Shown here: piece after piece, positions 1 to 9,058 of the stretch
Numbering within the stretch: position 1 is the stretch's first letter
How the letters are laid out: each line of letters begins with the position of its first letter
Source: Acaryochloris marina MBIC11017
GTDB lineage: Bacteria; Cyanobacteriota; Cyanobacteriia; Thermosynechococcales; Thermosynechococcaceae
Direction of reading: 5' to 3'
DNA: 32,000 nucleotides
Assembly (NCBI RefSeq): GCF_000018105.1
Contig: NC_009925.1
Location: 630,001 to 662,000, forward strand
The notes under the pieces: generated by a model
The model's database searches: none
Told to the model about the DNA's origin: nothing
What the model saw: the letters and a program-made list of their open reading frames with translations, nothing else
Translations under genes and position numbers: made by a program

Positions 1-55
1 GGTGAAGGCAGCCCGTACCCAAATGGCCTCATAAACCGAGGGGCCGCAAGGGACT

Positions 56-1414
56 TTAGGTCGCGATTCTCTGGCTGCCGGGTCGTCGTAGACGTTTCCG
101 ATTGATCTTCTGGACAGCTAAACCAGATAGTCCACCGGCGGCAAGGGCAAAAACAGGATTGATCATGGCATTCACAAGGCAATCTAGCCCATACATAATC
201 AAGGCCACCGACAGGGCAGCGACGGGAGCAGCCGCGGGGTGAGTCCAGTTGGAGACAGGAATTCGCCTGGCTAACATCAGGATGGGCAATACTAAGGCCG
301 TCATTAAGCTCACTAATCCAACTAAGCCATGATTGCCAAAGGCGATGATCCATAGGCTATCGGTTACGGAGATATCTTGACCCTGGTCATTATAAATTCG
401 TGCTCTGCCCCACCCTCCCCAGCCAAAGATGGGTCTAATCCGGGCTTTGGCCGACAGAATTTGTTCGTTCTCCAGTCGAAAGTTGAGGGATGCCGCTCTC
501 TCAGGTCCGGTGATTTGGCTTGCCGTGGCAACGAGCTGCCGGGTATAGGTGGGTGTTAACGACCCCGTTGAACTGATGGCTAAATATCCCGCCATTAGTA
601 GAGCGAGTAGCCAAATGGCAATACTAGATCGAGACCAAGTAACGGCAAATAGGAGAATAAGGCTGATGAGTAACAGAGCATAGGCCCCGGTAGACCGCAG
701 GAGAATAAAGGTTACTCCGAGGGCCAATACGCACCAAATCATGGGAATATCCCCTAAGCGAGTCAGGGTGCCAGCGCGCCATAGCCAGATGGCCATTAAA
801 GTCGCGCTCATCATCCAAACCCCCAGCATTAGTCCATGCTCCATAAAGACCGTGGGTCTAAATCCCCCCAAACGAAAGGTCTGTTCGAAAGAATGGGCAT
901 GGTAGCCGTAAATCCATCGGTGGAGTTGGGGACTTAGCCGGATCTCCAGCAAACAAAGGGGAACGTACAGGATGCCGCCGATAATAATGCCAGTTGCCAA
1001 CTGCCTGAGCCCGCTTAAATTCCCTAGGTACAGTCGCCCCAAGAAATAGGGAAATCCCCAGGTAACGGTTTGGCCTAAGGCTTGGGCGAGTCCGTCGTAT
1101 AGTCCTAAATCATTGGTTAAAGACGAGGCGATGGGACAGAGGCACCAGACCACCATGGGAATATCTATCCAGCTGAACTTGAAGAGCTGGAACCGCTTGG
1201 CATCGAAGATAAATGTTGCCAGTAAGATGCCATAGCAAGTTGCCGACATTTTAGTGAGATCGGGCAGCCCCACCAAGGGAAAACTGGCCTGGGGAAGAAA
1301 TAACCAGGCACCAATAAAGCTGATGACCAAAGCCCGTTGCACCGGAAGCTGGCTGAATAGATAAAGGACCAAAGGAATCCAACCAAACATCACGAGATAA
1401 ACAATAAAGTTCAT
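56..1414 (-). CDS. O-antigen ligase/polymerase-like (Wzy_C-type) polytopic membrane protein
   Basis: 452-aa ORF that is hydrophobic throughout, with about 10 or more predicted TM segments. A central loop region (RSTGAYALL...) and a distal FGWGGWG / GNHGLVGLV segment resemble the O-antigen ligase family. Divergent from a glycosidase-like gene. Confidence 0.6.
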   Translation of the reverse strand: MNFIVYLVMFGWIPLVLYLFSQLPVQRALVISFIGAWLFLPQASFPLVGLPDLTKMSATCYGILLATFIFDAKRFQLFKFSWIDIPMVVWCLCPIASSLTNDLGLYDGLAQALGQTVTWGFPYFLGRLYLGNLSGLRQLATGIIIGGILYVPLCLLEIRLSPQLHRWIYGYHAHSFEQTFRLGGFRPTVFMEHGLMLGVWMMSATLMAIWLWRAGTLTRLGDIPMIWCVLALGVTFILLRSTGAYALLLISLILLFAVTWSRSSIAIWLLALLMAGYLAISSTGSLTPTYTRQLVATASQITGPERAASLNFRLENEQILSAKARIRPIFGWGGWGRARIYNDQGQDISVTDSLWIIAFGNHGLVGLVSLMTALVLPILMLARRIPVSNWTHPAAAPVAALSVALIMYGLDCLVNAMINPVFALAAGGLSGLAVQKINRKRLRRPGSQRIAT

Positions 1415-1525
1415 AAGCCGGGTCAGGGTGAGATCGCTAAGCTAGAAGTTGAAATTAACAGCAGAATAATGGATTAGATATTGCGAGTTCAACGGAATAT
1501 TGATGTCATTGGAGTGAGGTGAAAC

Positions 1526-3139
1526 GTGCCTCGACGACGCAATCCTTTTCGGAATCTCAGGGAGTGGTTTTTAGTCCTACTCTTTATCGCGATGTTTGCG
1601 TTATGTGTGGTCGGGTTTAATCAGCCGCCCTCTCCTACTATCCAGGCTACCCAGCCGGTCTCTAATCCACAACTCGGGATGAATTTAGGGGAGGTGGTGA
1701 GTTACACCAGTCAATGGCCGTTTGTGGATGCTTTTAAGCTATCGCGCCCTTGGTTCTCGGGGCGGGAAGGGGCTGGTTTTGATCAGGGAGGCCCCCTGAA
1801 GCTCACTCCTGAGGGCTGGATTGCAGCCCTAGAACCCAAGCAGTTTGCGGAGACCGTGATCTTTGACAATGGCAAAGGTCATTACCCGGCGGGGAAATAC
1901 ACCCTGCTGTATGACGGAGAGGGAGAGATTAGCTTTAACTATGGTAGTGCCACCATTGCGAGTCAGCAGCCTGGACGGATGGTATTGGACGTAACGCCGA
2001 TGGAGACGGGGATTTGGTTGAAAATTAATCGAACAAATCCCCAAAATCCCATTCGGAATATTCGCTTGATTTTACCTGGATTTGAATATGCCTATCAGCA
2101 ACGTCTTTTTCATCCATTGTTTCTAGAGCGGCTGCAGCCCTTCAAAACCTTGCGGTTTATGGATTGGATGGAAACGAATGGCTCTGACATTCAAGAGTGG
2201 CAGGATCGGCCTCAAGTGTCGGATGTGACCCAAGCGGCTGGCAAGGGAGTGGCTTTAGAGTACATGATCGATCTGGCCAATACTCTACAAGCCAATCCTT
2301 GGTTTACCTTGCCCCATCAGGCCTCGGATGATTATGTTCGTCAATTCGCGACGATGGTACGCGATCGGTTAGACCCTCGGCTCAAGGTGTACGTGGAGTA
2401 CTCTAACGAGGTGTGGAACACCGCCCCCGACTTTAATCAATATCAGTATGCTCAATCCAAAGGATTGGAATTAAAGCTTGCAGAAGACCCCTATCAAGCT
2501 AGCTTACGCTTCTACTCCCAAAGATCTGTTGAGATTTTCAAACTTTGGGAATCGGTATTTGGCAGCCGCGATCGCCTAGTGAGAGTATTAGCATCCCAGT
2601 ATGTCAACCCCTGGACCGCTGAGCAGGTGCTGACTTGGAAAGATGCCTATAAATCCGCAGATGCCTATGCTATTGCGCCTTACTTCAGTGGGGAATGGGA
2701 TTATCTGGAGAATTTACCCCGATTACTCAAGAGTTCTGAAGCCGAAATTTGGCAACAGATGGAGGCAGAAATTAAGTCCTATGGGCCGTTTCTGCGGGAG
2801 CACTATAGCCGTATTCGAGACGAGTTTGGGTTGGATTTGATTGCCTATGAGGGAGGACAGCATTTAACCAGTGCTGCATTTAGCGAAGAACATGAGCAGA
2901 AGATTACTCAACTGTTTACCTCCCTTAACCGTCACCCCCGCATGGCCACTCTGTATAAGCAGTATCTCCAGCAATGGCAGGAGTCCGGTGGAGGATTGCT
3001 CTGTCATTTTGTAGATGTTTCGCCCTATACCCGTTTTGGCAGTTGGGGAGCGCTGGAATACCAAAACCAACCATTAGAAACTGCCCCAAAATATCAGGCA
3101 TTAGTGGACTTTATGGCGCAAGGTTCAGCTCAACAATGA
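1526..3139 (+). CDS. Membrane-anchored glycoside hydrolase-like protein (clan GH-A TIM-barrel type)
   Basis: 537-aa ORF with a GTG start. The N-terminus is basic and followed by one TM/signal anchor (LVLLFIAMFALCVVGF). YSNEVWN (candidate acid/base Asn-Glu) and IAYEGGQH (candidate nucleophile Glu) are spaced as in clan GH-A hydrolases. The family was not assigned. Confidence 0.5.
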   Translation: MPRRRNPFRNLREWFLVLLFIAMFALCVVGFNQPPSPTIQATQPVSNPQLGMNLGEVVSYTSQWPFVDAFKLSRPWFSGREGAGFDQGGPLKLTPEGWIAALEPKQFAETVIFDNGKGHYPAGKYTLLYDGEGEISFNYGSATIASQQPGRMVLDVTPMETGIWLKINRTNPQNPIRNIRLILPGFEYAYQQRLFHPLFLERLQPFKTLRFMDWMETNGSDIQEWQDRPQVSDVTQAAGKGVALEYMIDLANTLQANPWFTLPHQASDDYVRQFATMVRDRLDPRLKVYVEYSNEVWNTAPDFNQYQYAQSKGLELKLAEDPYQASLRFYSQRSVEIFKLWESVFGSRDRLVRVLASQYVNPWTAEQVLTWKDAYKSADAYAIAPYFSGEWDYLENLPRLLKSSEAEIWQQMEAEIKSYGPFLREHYSRIRDEFGLDLIAYEGGQHLTSAAFSEEHEQKITQLFTSLNRHPRMATLYKQYLQQWQESGGGLLCHFVDVSPYTRFGSWGALEYQNQPLETAPKYQALVDFMAQGSAQQ

Positions 3140-3331
3140 TGAAGCTGACTTTTCACCTATTGGAGGCATCGTTCAACTTTAACCAGAGATCCGTCTAGGT
3201 TGGGGGAAGGCCGGGAACCCTGTAGGGAAGGCTTATCGTCTTTATGTCTAAGGGCTGAATTTTAGAACTAAAACGACAAGCGAGTGAGATCCTCGCTAGA
3301 ATGAGAAAAGGTTACGAAATATTAAGCAATC

Positions 3332-4786
3332 GTGTACATCAATCTTCCGGTCGTTGGTAAGGTCAAGAAACCTAAGGTATGGGTGGTTGGCCTGGTAAGT
3401 ACCGTTGTCCTGTTGGGGGCAGTTGGGGCAAGGTCTTTTGTCAATCGGTCTTCGGATAAGCCAACCCTAGAAGACTTGACGGTGGAGGTTGAGTCAAAAG
3501 ATGTCACCCTCCGGATTGGGGCTAGCGGGACGATTACGCCCGCTAAAAGTGTCAACTTAAGTCCCAAGCAAGCAGGCGTTTTGGCCAAGCTGTTGGTGGA
3601 GCAAGGGGACGAGGTTGAAAAAGGGCAGGTCATTGCCCGCATGGATACTCGTGATTTAGAAGGTCAGTTAATTCAAGCGAATGCGTCGGTGGCCCAGGCA
3701 AAGGCTCGGCTGTCGGAGTTGCAGGCCGGTAACCGCCCAGAGGAAATTCAACAGGCCAGGGCTCGTTTGGTCCGAGCGGAGGCCCAGCTCGCCCAAATTG
3801 CTGGGGGCAATCAACTGGAAACCATTACCCAGGTGCAAAGCCAAGTGGAGTCGGCGAAAGCTCGTCTGAGATTAGCTTTGACTCGCCTGAATAGTTTTGA
3901 ACAGCTCTACAAAGCAGGGGCAGAAACCCGCGATCGCAGGGACGAAGCCAAAGCAGAAGCGGATACCGCCCGAGCCAACTTAAGAGAGGTGCAAAAGCGC
4001 CTGCAAATCTTACGGCAAGGGTCTCAACCGGCAGAGGTTCTAAGGGCTAAAGCCGATGTGGCGGAAGCCCGCCAAGCCTACCAGCTGATGCAGAAAGGCA
4101 GTCGCCCAGAAGCAATTCTGCAAGCAAAAGCGGCAGTAGCTGAGGCTCAGGGCCGTCAGCAGGTGGTGATGACCCAGGTCAACGATACGATTATTCGCGC
4201 CCCCTTTGCAGGCATCATTACCCAAAAATTTGCGACGGAAGGGGCCTTTGTAACGCCTACAACGACTGCATCGAGTACCTCTTCGGCCACTTCGACGTCT
4301 ATCGTGGCCTTAGCCCAAAAGCTAGAGGTGTTAGCCACGGTGCCTGAAATTGATATTGGTCAGATCCGACCCGGTCAGTCTGTTGAAATTCGGGCAGATG
4401 CGTTCCCCGATCAGGTTTTTAAGGGGCGCGTTCGGTTGGTGTCACCAGAAGCGATTGAAGAGCAAAATGTCACCTCCTTTCAGGTCAGGGTAAATATTAC
4501 CTCTGGGCAAGACAAGCTGCGATCAGGGATGAATTCAGATCTCACCTTCTTGGGGGATACCGTTGCCGACAGCATGGTGCTACCCACCGGTTTGATTGCC
4601 ACAAAAGATGGAAAAACGGGGGTCTATATCCCTGATGAAGATGGCAAGCCTAAGTTTCAGCCAGTAACGACTGGGTCATCGATCAAGAATCAAACCCAGA
4701 TTCTAGAGGGTGTAACCCCCGGTCAAAAAGTTTTTGAAACGTTTCCAGAAGGTCAAAAGCCCGAAGATTTAAAAGAGGAAGAGTAA
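3332..4786 (+). CDS. HlyD-family periplasmic adaptor (membrane fusion protein) of a DevBCA/MacAB-type ABC exporter
   Basis: 484 aa with an N-terminal TM anchor. It has a long alpha-helical hairpin with internally repeated RPEE(I/V)..A.A....A segments and a C-terminal beta-barrel region. The gene ends 2 nt before the permease start. The GTG start at 3332 is uncertain (alternative GTG at 3383). Confidence 0.85.
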   Translation: MYINLPVVGKVKKPKVWVVGLVSTVVLLGAVGARSFVNRSSDKPTLEDLTVEVESKDVTLRIGASGTITPAKSVNLSPKQAGVLAKLLVEQGDEVEKGQVIARMDTRDLEGQLIQANASVAQAKARLSELQAGNRPEEIQQARARLVRAEAQLAQIAGGNQLETITQVQSQVESAKARLRLALTRLNSFEQLYKAGAETRDRRDEAKAEADTARANLREVQKRLQILRQGSQPAEVLRAKADVAEARQAYQLMQKGSRPEAILQAKAAVAEAQGRQQVVMTQVNDTIIRAPFAGIITQKFATEGAFVTPTTTASSTSSATSTSIVALAQKLEVLATVPEIDIGQIRPGQSVEIRADAFPDQVFKGRVRLVSPEAIEEQNVTSFQVRVNITSGQDKLRSGMNSDLTFLGDTVADSMVLPTGLIATKDGKTGVYIPDEDGKPKFQPVTTGSSIKNQTQILEGVTPGQKVFETFPEGQKPEDLKEEE

Positions 4787-4788
4787 CC

Positions 4789-6006
4789 GTGGATATCCTC
4801 GAAAGCGTAAAAATGGCTTCAGCGACGCTAGTCGCCAACCGCCTGCGCAGTAGTTTGACGATGTTAGGGATGATTATTGGCAATGCTTCTGTTATTGCCA
4901 TGATCGCCGTGGGGCAAGGGGCCCAAAAGTATGCTTCCGGTCAGTTTGAGTCCCTAGGACCCAACATTCTATTTATCGTTCCGGGAACTGATAAAGCCCG
5001 CCGACAGACCTTTGAAGTGCCCAAGACCTTGGTTTGGGCGGATGCTAAAGCAATTAAAGAAGCGGTATCTGCAGTTCAATCTGTTATTCCTCAACTTCAG
5101 AATCAGTTGACCACTGTTTACCAAGGGGCGAATACAACGGCCTTGGTGATGGGCACAACGGATGAATATCCAATTGTGCGGAACCATGATGTGGCTAAAG
5201 GTCGATTTCTTAGCCCGCAAGATATCCAGCGAGGCAATTTGGTGGCTGTATTAGGCACTGATCTGGCTAAGCGCTTGGTGGGGTCTGAAAATCCAATTGG
5301 TAAGCGAATTCGGATTAAAAACCTCAATTTTGAAGTCGTTGGATTAATGGAGGAAAAGGGGTCTTTCCTTGGGAGTAGCCAAGATGATGTGATTTTTATT
5401 CCCATTTCAACGATGGCGAATCGGGTGGTGGGATCTACATCTCCCTTTGGTACTGAGCTAACGTTTATCTCGGTCTCTGCTAAAGATGAAGCCAGTATTC
5501 CCTCAGCAGAGTTTCAGATCCGTAATCTGTTGCGGATCCGCCACAAAATTATTGACGAAGATGATTTCACGATTCGGACTCAAAAGCAGGCGTTGGAAAT
5601 TATCGGCAATATCAGCGGTGCTTTGACGGTTATGTTGGCTGCAATTGCGAGTATTTCTCTGCTGGTAGGTGGTATTGGCATTATGAATATCATGCTGGTG
5701 TCCGTGACGGAGCGGATTCAGGAAATTGGCCTCCGCAAAGCCATTGGAGCCTCACAATCCGATATTTTGGTCCAATTTATGATCGAAGCGATTATTTTGT
5801 CTGCCGTAGGCGGCATGATTGGCACCTTCGTTGGCGTGGGTGGCACGGTGATGGTCAGCAGCCTCACACCTTTGGAAACAGGTATTTCCGTTCCGGCTGT
5901 AATGTTGGCTGTGGGGGTCTCAGGGGGAATTGGTCTGTTTTTTGGAGTCGTTCCGGCCCGACGGGCGGCTCAACTGGATCCAATTGTGGCTCTGCGCAGT
6001 GCTTAA
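4789..6006 (+). CDS. MacB/FtsX-type ABC transporter permease (DevC-like)
   Basis: 405 aa. The N-terminal ANRLRSSLTMLGMIIG motif, a large periplasmic domain, and a C-terminal FtsX-like 3-TM bundle (ERIQEIGLRKAIGA) are present. A GTG start best fits the family N-terminus. Confidence 0.9.
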   Translation: MDILESVKMASATLVANRLRSSLTMLGMIIGNASVIAMIAVGQGAQKYASGQFESLGPNILFIVPGTDKARRQTFEVPKTLVWADAKAIKEAVSAVQSVIPQLQNQLTTVYQGANTTALVMGTTDEYPIVRNHDVAKGRFLSPQDIQRGNLVAVLGTDLAKRLVGSENPIGKRIRIKNLNFEVVGLMEEKGSFLGSSQDDVIFIPISTMANRVVGSTSPFGTELTFISVSAKDEASIPSAEFQIRNLLRIRHKIIDEDDFTIRTQKQALEIIGNISGALTVMLAAIASISLLVGGIGIMNIMLVSVTERIQEIGLRKAIGASQSDILVQFMIEAIILSAVGGMIGTFVGVGGTVMVSSLTPLETGISVPAVMLAVGVSGGIGLFFGVVPARRAAQLDPIVALRSA

Positions 6007-6021
6007 GGGAAGAATAAGTCT

Positions 6022-6780
6022 ATGACCTCAACGCAGCCGCAAGCTCAATCCCTGACAGAAGGGAATCCAGATCAGGCCATTATTCGCCTAGAGTCAATCA
6101 CTAAGGTTTATGGTGCAGGAGAAACGGAAGTCCGGGCCTTAGATGGGGTGGATCTGGTGGTCAACCCTGGTGAATACTGCTCGATTATGGGGGCTTCTGG
6201 ATCCGGCAAATCGACCATGATGAATATGATTGGCTGTCTGGACCGCCCCACGTCCGGCCAATATTTCCTGGATGGAGTGGATGTGGCTCAGCTTTCTGAT
6301 ACTGAGCTGGCCTTGGTGCGCAATCGCAAGCTTGGGTTTGTCTTTCAGCAGTTTCATTTACTGAGTCAAGTCAGTGCCTTGGAGAATGTAATGCTGCCCA
6401 TGGTTTATGCCAATGTGCCGGTTAAAGAGCGACGGGAGCGGGGTAAGGCTGCACTTGAACGTGTTGGATTAGGCGATCGCATTCACAATAAACCTACTCA
6501 ACTGTCGGGGGGACAACAACAGCGGGTGGCCATTGCTCGGGCTATTGTGAATGAGCCTGTGTTGCTGCTGGCGGATGAACCCACGGGGGCGTTGGATACC
6601 AAAACAACGAATGAGATTCTGGATATCTTCTCCACCTTAAATGCTAGCGGCATGACAGTGGTGATGGTGACTCACGAGCCAGAAGTCGCGCGTACCACTC
6701 AGCGAGTAGTTTGGTTTCGGGATGGCCAAGTGGTTCATGCTCATCTCGACCCAGAAGAACTGCATACCACGGCATTCTAA
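6022..6780 (+). CDS. ABC transporter ATP-binding protein (DevA/MacB-ATPase-like)
   Basis: Walker [10 protein letters not shown], signature [14 protein letters not shown], Walker [13 protein letters not shown], and H-loop VTHE. Confidence 0.93.
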   Translation: MTSTQPQAQSLTEGNPDQAIIRLESITKVYGAGETEVRALDGVDLVVNPGEYCSIMGASGSGKSTMMNMIGCLDRPTSGQYFLDGVDVAQLSDTELALVRNRKLGFVFQQFHLLSQVSALENVMLPMVYANVPVKERRERGKAALERVGLGDRIHNKPTQLSGGQQQRVAIARAIVNEPVLLLADEPTGALDTKTTNEILDIFSTLNASGMTVVMVTHEPEVARTTQRVVWFRDGQVVHAHLDPEELHTTAF

Positions 6781-6855
6781 AGCTGCTTTGAAGCTATTTC
6801 AGGGGGATATTACTCTATTCTTTGGAGATAGTATTTCCCCACCGTTATTAATTCC

Positions 6856-7677
6856 ATGCCTGAAGGACCTGAAATTAGACGTGCTGCGGATCGTATTGCG
6901 AGTGAGATCGCAAACCAACCCCTACAGGAAGTTTGGTTCGCCTTTTCCCACCTAAAAATATACGAAGCTCAATTAGGTGCCAGTCAAATTCAACAGGTAG
7001 AAACTCGGGGTAAAGGTCTGCTGATGCATTTTGACTGTGGTCTCAGCATCTACAGCCATAACCAGCTTTACGGCAAGTGGATGATCCGCAAAGCCTACAA
7101 CTATCCTCAAACCAAGCGACAATTGCGGCTAGCTTTGCATTGCGATCGCAAATCCGCTCTCCTTTATAGTGCATCAGATATTGATGTCTTGGATGCGGCG
7201 GGGATTCAGGCCCATCCCTTTCTAAGTCGGATTGGACCAGATGTTCTCAGTTCTGAGACAACCGTCGAGCAGGTACGAGAGAGACTGAGTTGCGATCGCT
7301 TTCGCCGTCGTCGCCTCACGACACTGTTACTTGACCAGCATTTCCTGGCTGGGTTGGGGAATTACCTCAGAAGTGAAATCTTGTTTGTTGCCAGGGTTCA
7401 TCCTTCTCTCAGACCTGCAGATTGTACCGATGAACAGATAGAGAAATTGGCAGAAGCAGCCCTAGCTTTGCCTAGACAGTCCTATGAAACCGGAGGTATT
7501 ACCAACGATATTGCCTGGGCCGCTAAATTGAAATTCCAGGGATTTGCACGGCGTGTGTATCGACATTGGGTCTTTGCCAGAGCAGGGCAGCTCTGTTGGG
7601 TTTGTGCTACCCCGATTGTCAAAGATGCTCAAGGTGGACGTCGGTATTATTACTGTCCCCAATGCCAAGAAGAATGA
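6856..7677 (+). CDS. nei: Endonuclease VIII (Fpg/Nei family DNA glycosylase/AP lyase)
   Basis: The N-terminus MPEGPEIRRAAD carries the catalytic Pro2/Glu3. LYSHNQLYG, LLDQ.FLAGLGNYLR.EIL and a C-terminal CxxC-x16-CxxC zinc finger are present. It aligns closely with my recollection of E. coli Nei. Confidence 0.93.
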   Translation: MPEGPEIRRAADRIASEIANQPLQEVWFAFSHLKIYEAQLGASQIQQVETRGKGLLMHFDCGLSIYSHNQLYGKWMIRKAYNYPQTKRQLRLALHCDRKSALLYSASDIDVLDAAGIQAHPFLSRIGPDVLSSETTVEQVRERLSCDRFRRRRLTTLLLDQHFLAGLGNYLRSEILFVARVHPSLRPADCTDEQIEKLAEAALALPRQSYETGGITNDIAWAAKLKFQGFARRVYRHWVFARAGQLCWVCATPIVKDAQGGRRYYYCPQCQEE

Positions 7678-8043
7678 GTTGTTCCACTTTATAAGCCAGT
7701 GACAGTTGGTATGGCAATCGCCATATCGAGAAGGACGTAAACTACACGCCCTTTTCTCGTAGCTAGGCCCCTTGGTGCAATATCTCAGATCTCGTAACGT
7801 TATGTCCCGTTATCCAGAGAAAAATTTGCTGGATCTTTTCTAAAAGATGTGTGTATGGACTCATTAAATATCTTGAATTGCATAAAAATTAATATTTACC
7901 CTGATATCTCAAGATAGCTTCCAAAAGCTAGATAGAACCTTGTGATCTTTGTTTGTCCTTGTTCCTATCTTTTTCCTGAGTCAGAAGTAGAAATTTGAAT
8001 GTGGATTTATCAATCAAGGATAAGGTTCTTTTTCCTCGGAAAG

Positions 8044-8604
8044 ATGCAGTTCAGTGGTTTGATATTGAGTGTTGTTATATTTCCGTTGAGTTTAGTCAAC
8101 ACTTCTCAAGCTCAACTCATAATACCTGCTGGTCAAGTTCAACCACCCCCAATACCTGCCGGTTTTACTTTGCAAGATGCACGACAACAAGGTAGACAGC
8201 TAACTATTGATACAAGAAAAACAATACGTAAGTTACCTGAGAATTTTAAAACTACTAGGACACCGATCATCTGGCTGAGTTGTAATCCTGGAGGACTAGA
8301 AGAAAATAATGTTTTGGTTATTCACAGCCCAATTTTGATTCATCTGTCTGAAGTTCTTTTGACTGAGAAAGCAATTTGGCATGATACGCGTTCCCCATTA
8401 GAGCTTAAACAGATACCTATCAAAGGATTCAGTGAATATTTTTCAAAACACAGCCGTAAACTTGGTGATCAATCTATTAGCCCGCATATAACTCAGGCAA
8501 CCCAATGGATTCGAACCAAGGACAATAAAATGAAACTTATATATGGAGGTGTTAGGCCATTGCCCTCTTCCCAAACCTCTTCAAGACCTTGCCGAAAGAA
8601 ATAG
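8044..8604 (+). CDS. Hypothetical secreted protein (unknown function) in an AT-rich segment
   Basis: The ORF track gives 7999..8604. The internal ATG at 8044 yields a typical signal peptide (MQFSGLILSVVIFPLSLVNTSQAQ). I recognised no family motif. One 60-nt line (8221-8280) is 38% GC by hand count. Confidence 0.4.
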   Translation: MQFSGLILSVVIFPLSLVNTSQAQLIIPAGQVQPPPIPAGFTLQDARQQGRQLTIDTRKTIRKLPENFKTTRTPIIWLSCNPGGLEENNVLVIHSPILIHLSEVLLTEKAIWHDTRSPLELKQIPIKGFSEYFSKHSRKLGDQSISPHITQATQWIRTKDNKMKLIYGGVRPLPSSQTSSRPCRKK

Positions 8605-8686
8605 TACAGATCGCTCCCTTGCAAAAATTTCAGATTTTTGCCGGTTTACTCTGCAAAAGCTGCGCTATGATAGTAAAGCCAAATTT

Positions 8687-8768
8687 GCGGACGTGGCGGA
8701 ATTGGTAGACGCGCTAGATTTAGGTTCTAGTACTGCAAGGTGTGAAGGTTCAAGTCCTTTCGTCCGCA
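8687..8768 (+). tRNA. tRNA-Leu, anticodon UAG (class II, long variable arm)
   Basis: The cloverleaf folds by hand. The acceptor stem is GCGGACG/CGTCCGC plus discriminator A. The D-arm is GCG-GAATTGGTAGA-CGC. The anticodon stem CTAGA/TCTAG has loop TT-TAG-GT. A long variable arm and a T-arm AAGG-TTCAAGT-CCTT are present. CCA is not encoded. Confidence 0.9.
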
Positions 8769-9058
8769 TTCTCTCTAAGACATTAGAACGTTACCCATCT
8801 TCTTCGGAAAGGTCGAGATTGTGGCTAACTTATTGCGTCGTTTTTATTGAATCCGGATGGGAGTGTTATAGGATGTCTGTAGGGTCAGCATCCAAGCATT
8901 AACTGTGTTGACTGCCTTAGGTGTATTTAGTCTGCGATCGCAAGTGTCGTTTCAGCCTAACGTAAACCACTTCATTTCAAACTTTGATTTAAGCGGATTC
9001 CGTTAAGTTAGACTAAGACAATCTGTTAAAATGCTTAAAGATTCTACAAGATTGCCAC

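Noticed and set aside
7710-7725. Hairpin TATGGC-AATC-GCCATA after nei, considered as a terminator
   Set aside because: The stem is only 6 bp and there is no following U-tract. That is not enough to call an intrinsic terminator.
7680-8686. Calling the AT-rich segment next to tRNA-Leu a genomic island or mobile element
   Set aside because: I saw no integrase, transposase or direct repeat of the tRNA 3' end, and the segment lies on the 5' side of the tRNA. I report it only as a compositional anomaly.
8543-8902. 119-aa + strand ORF from the track
   Set aside because: It reads straight through the tRNA-Leu gene (8687..8768) and has no recognisable protein features. I treat it as spurious.
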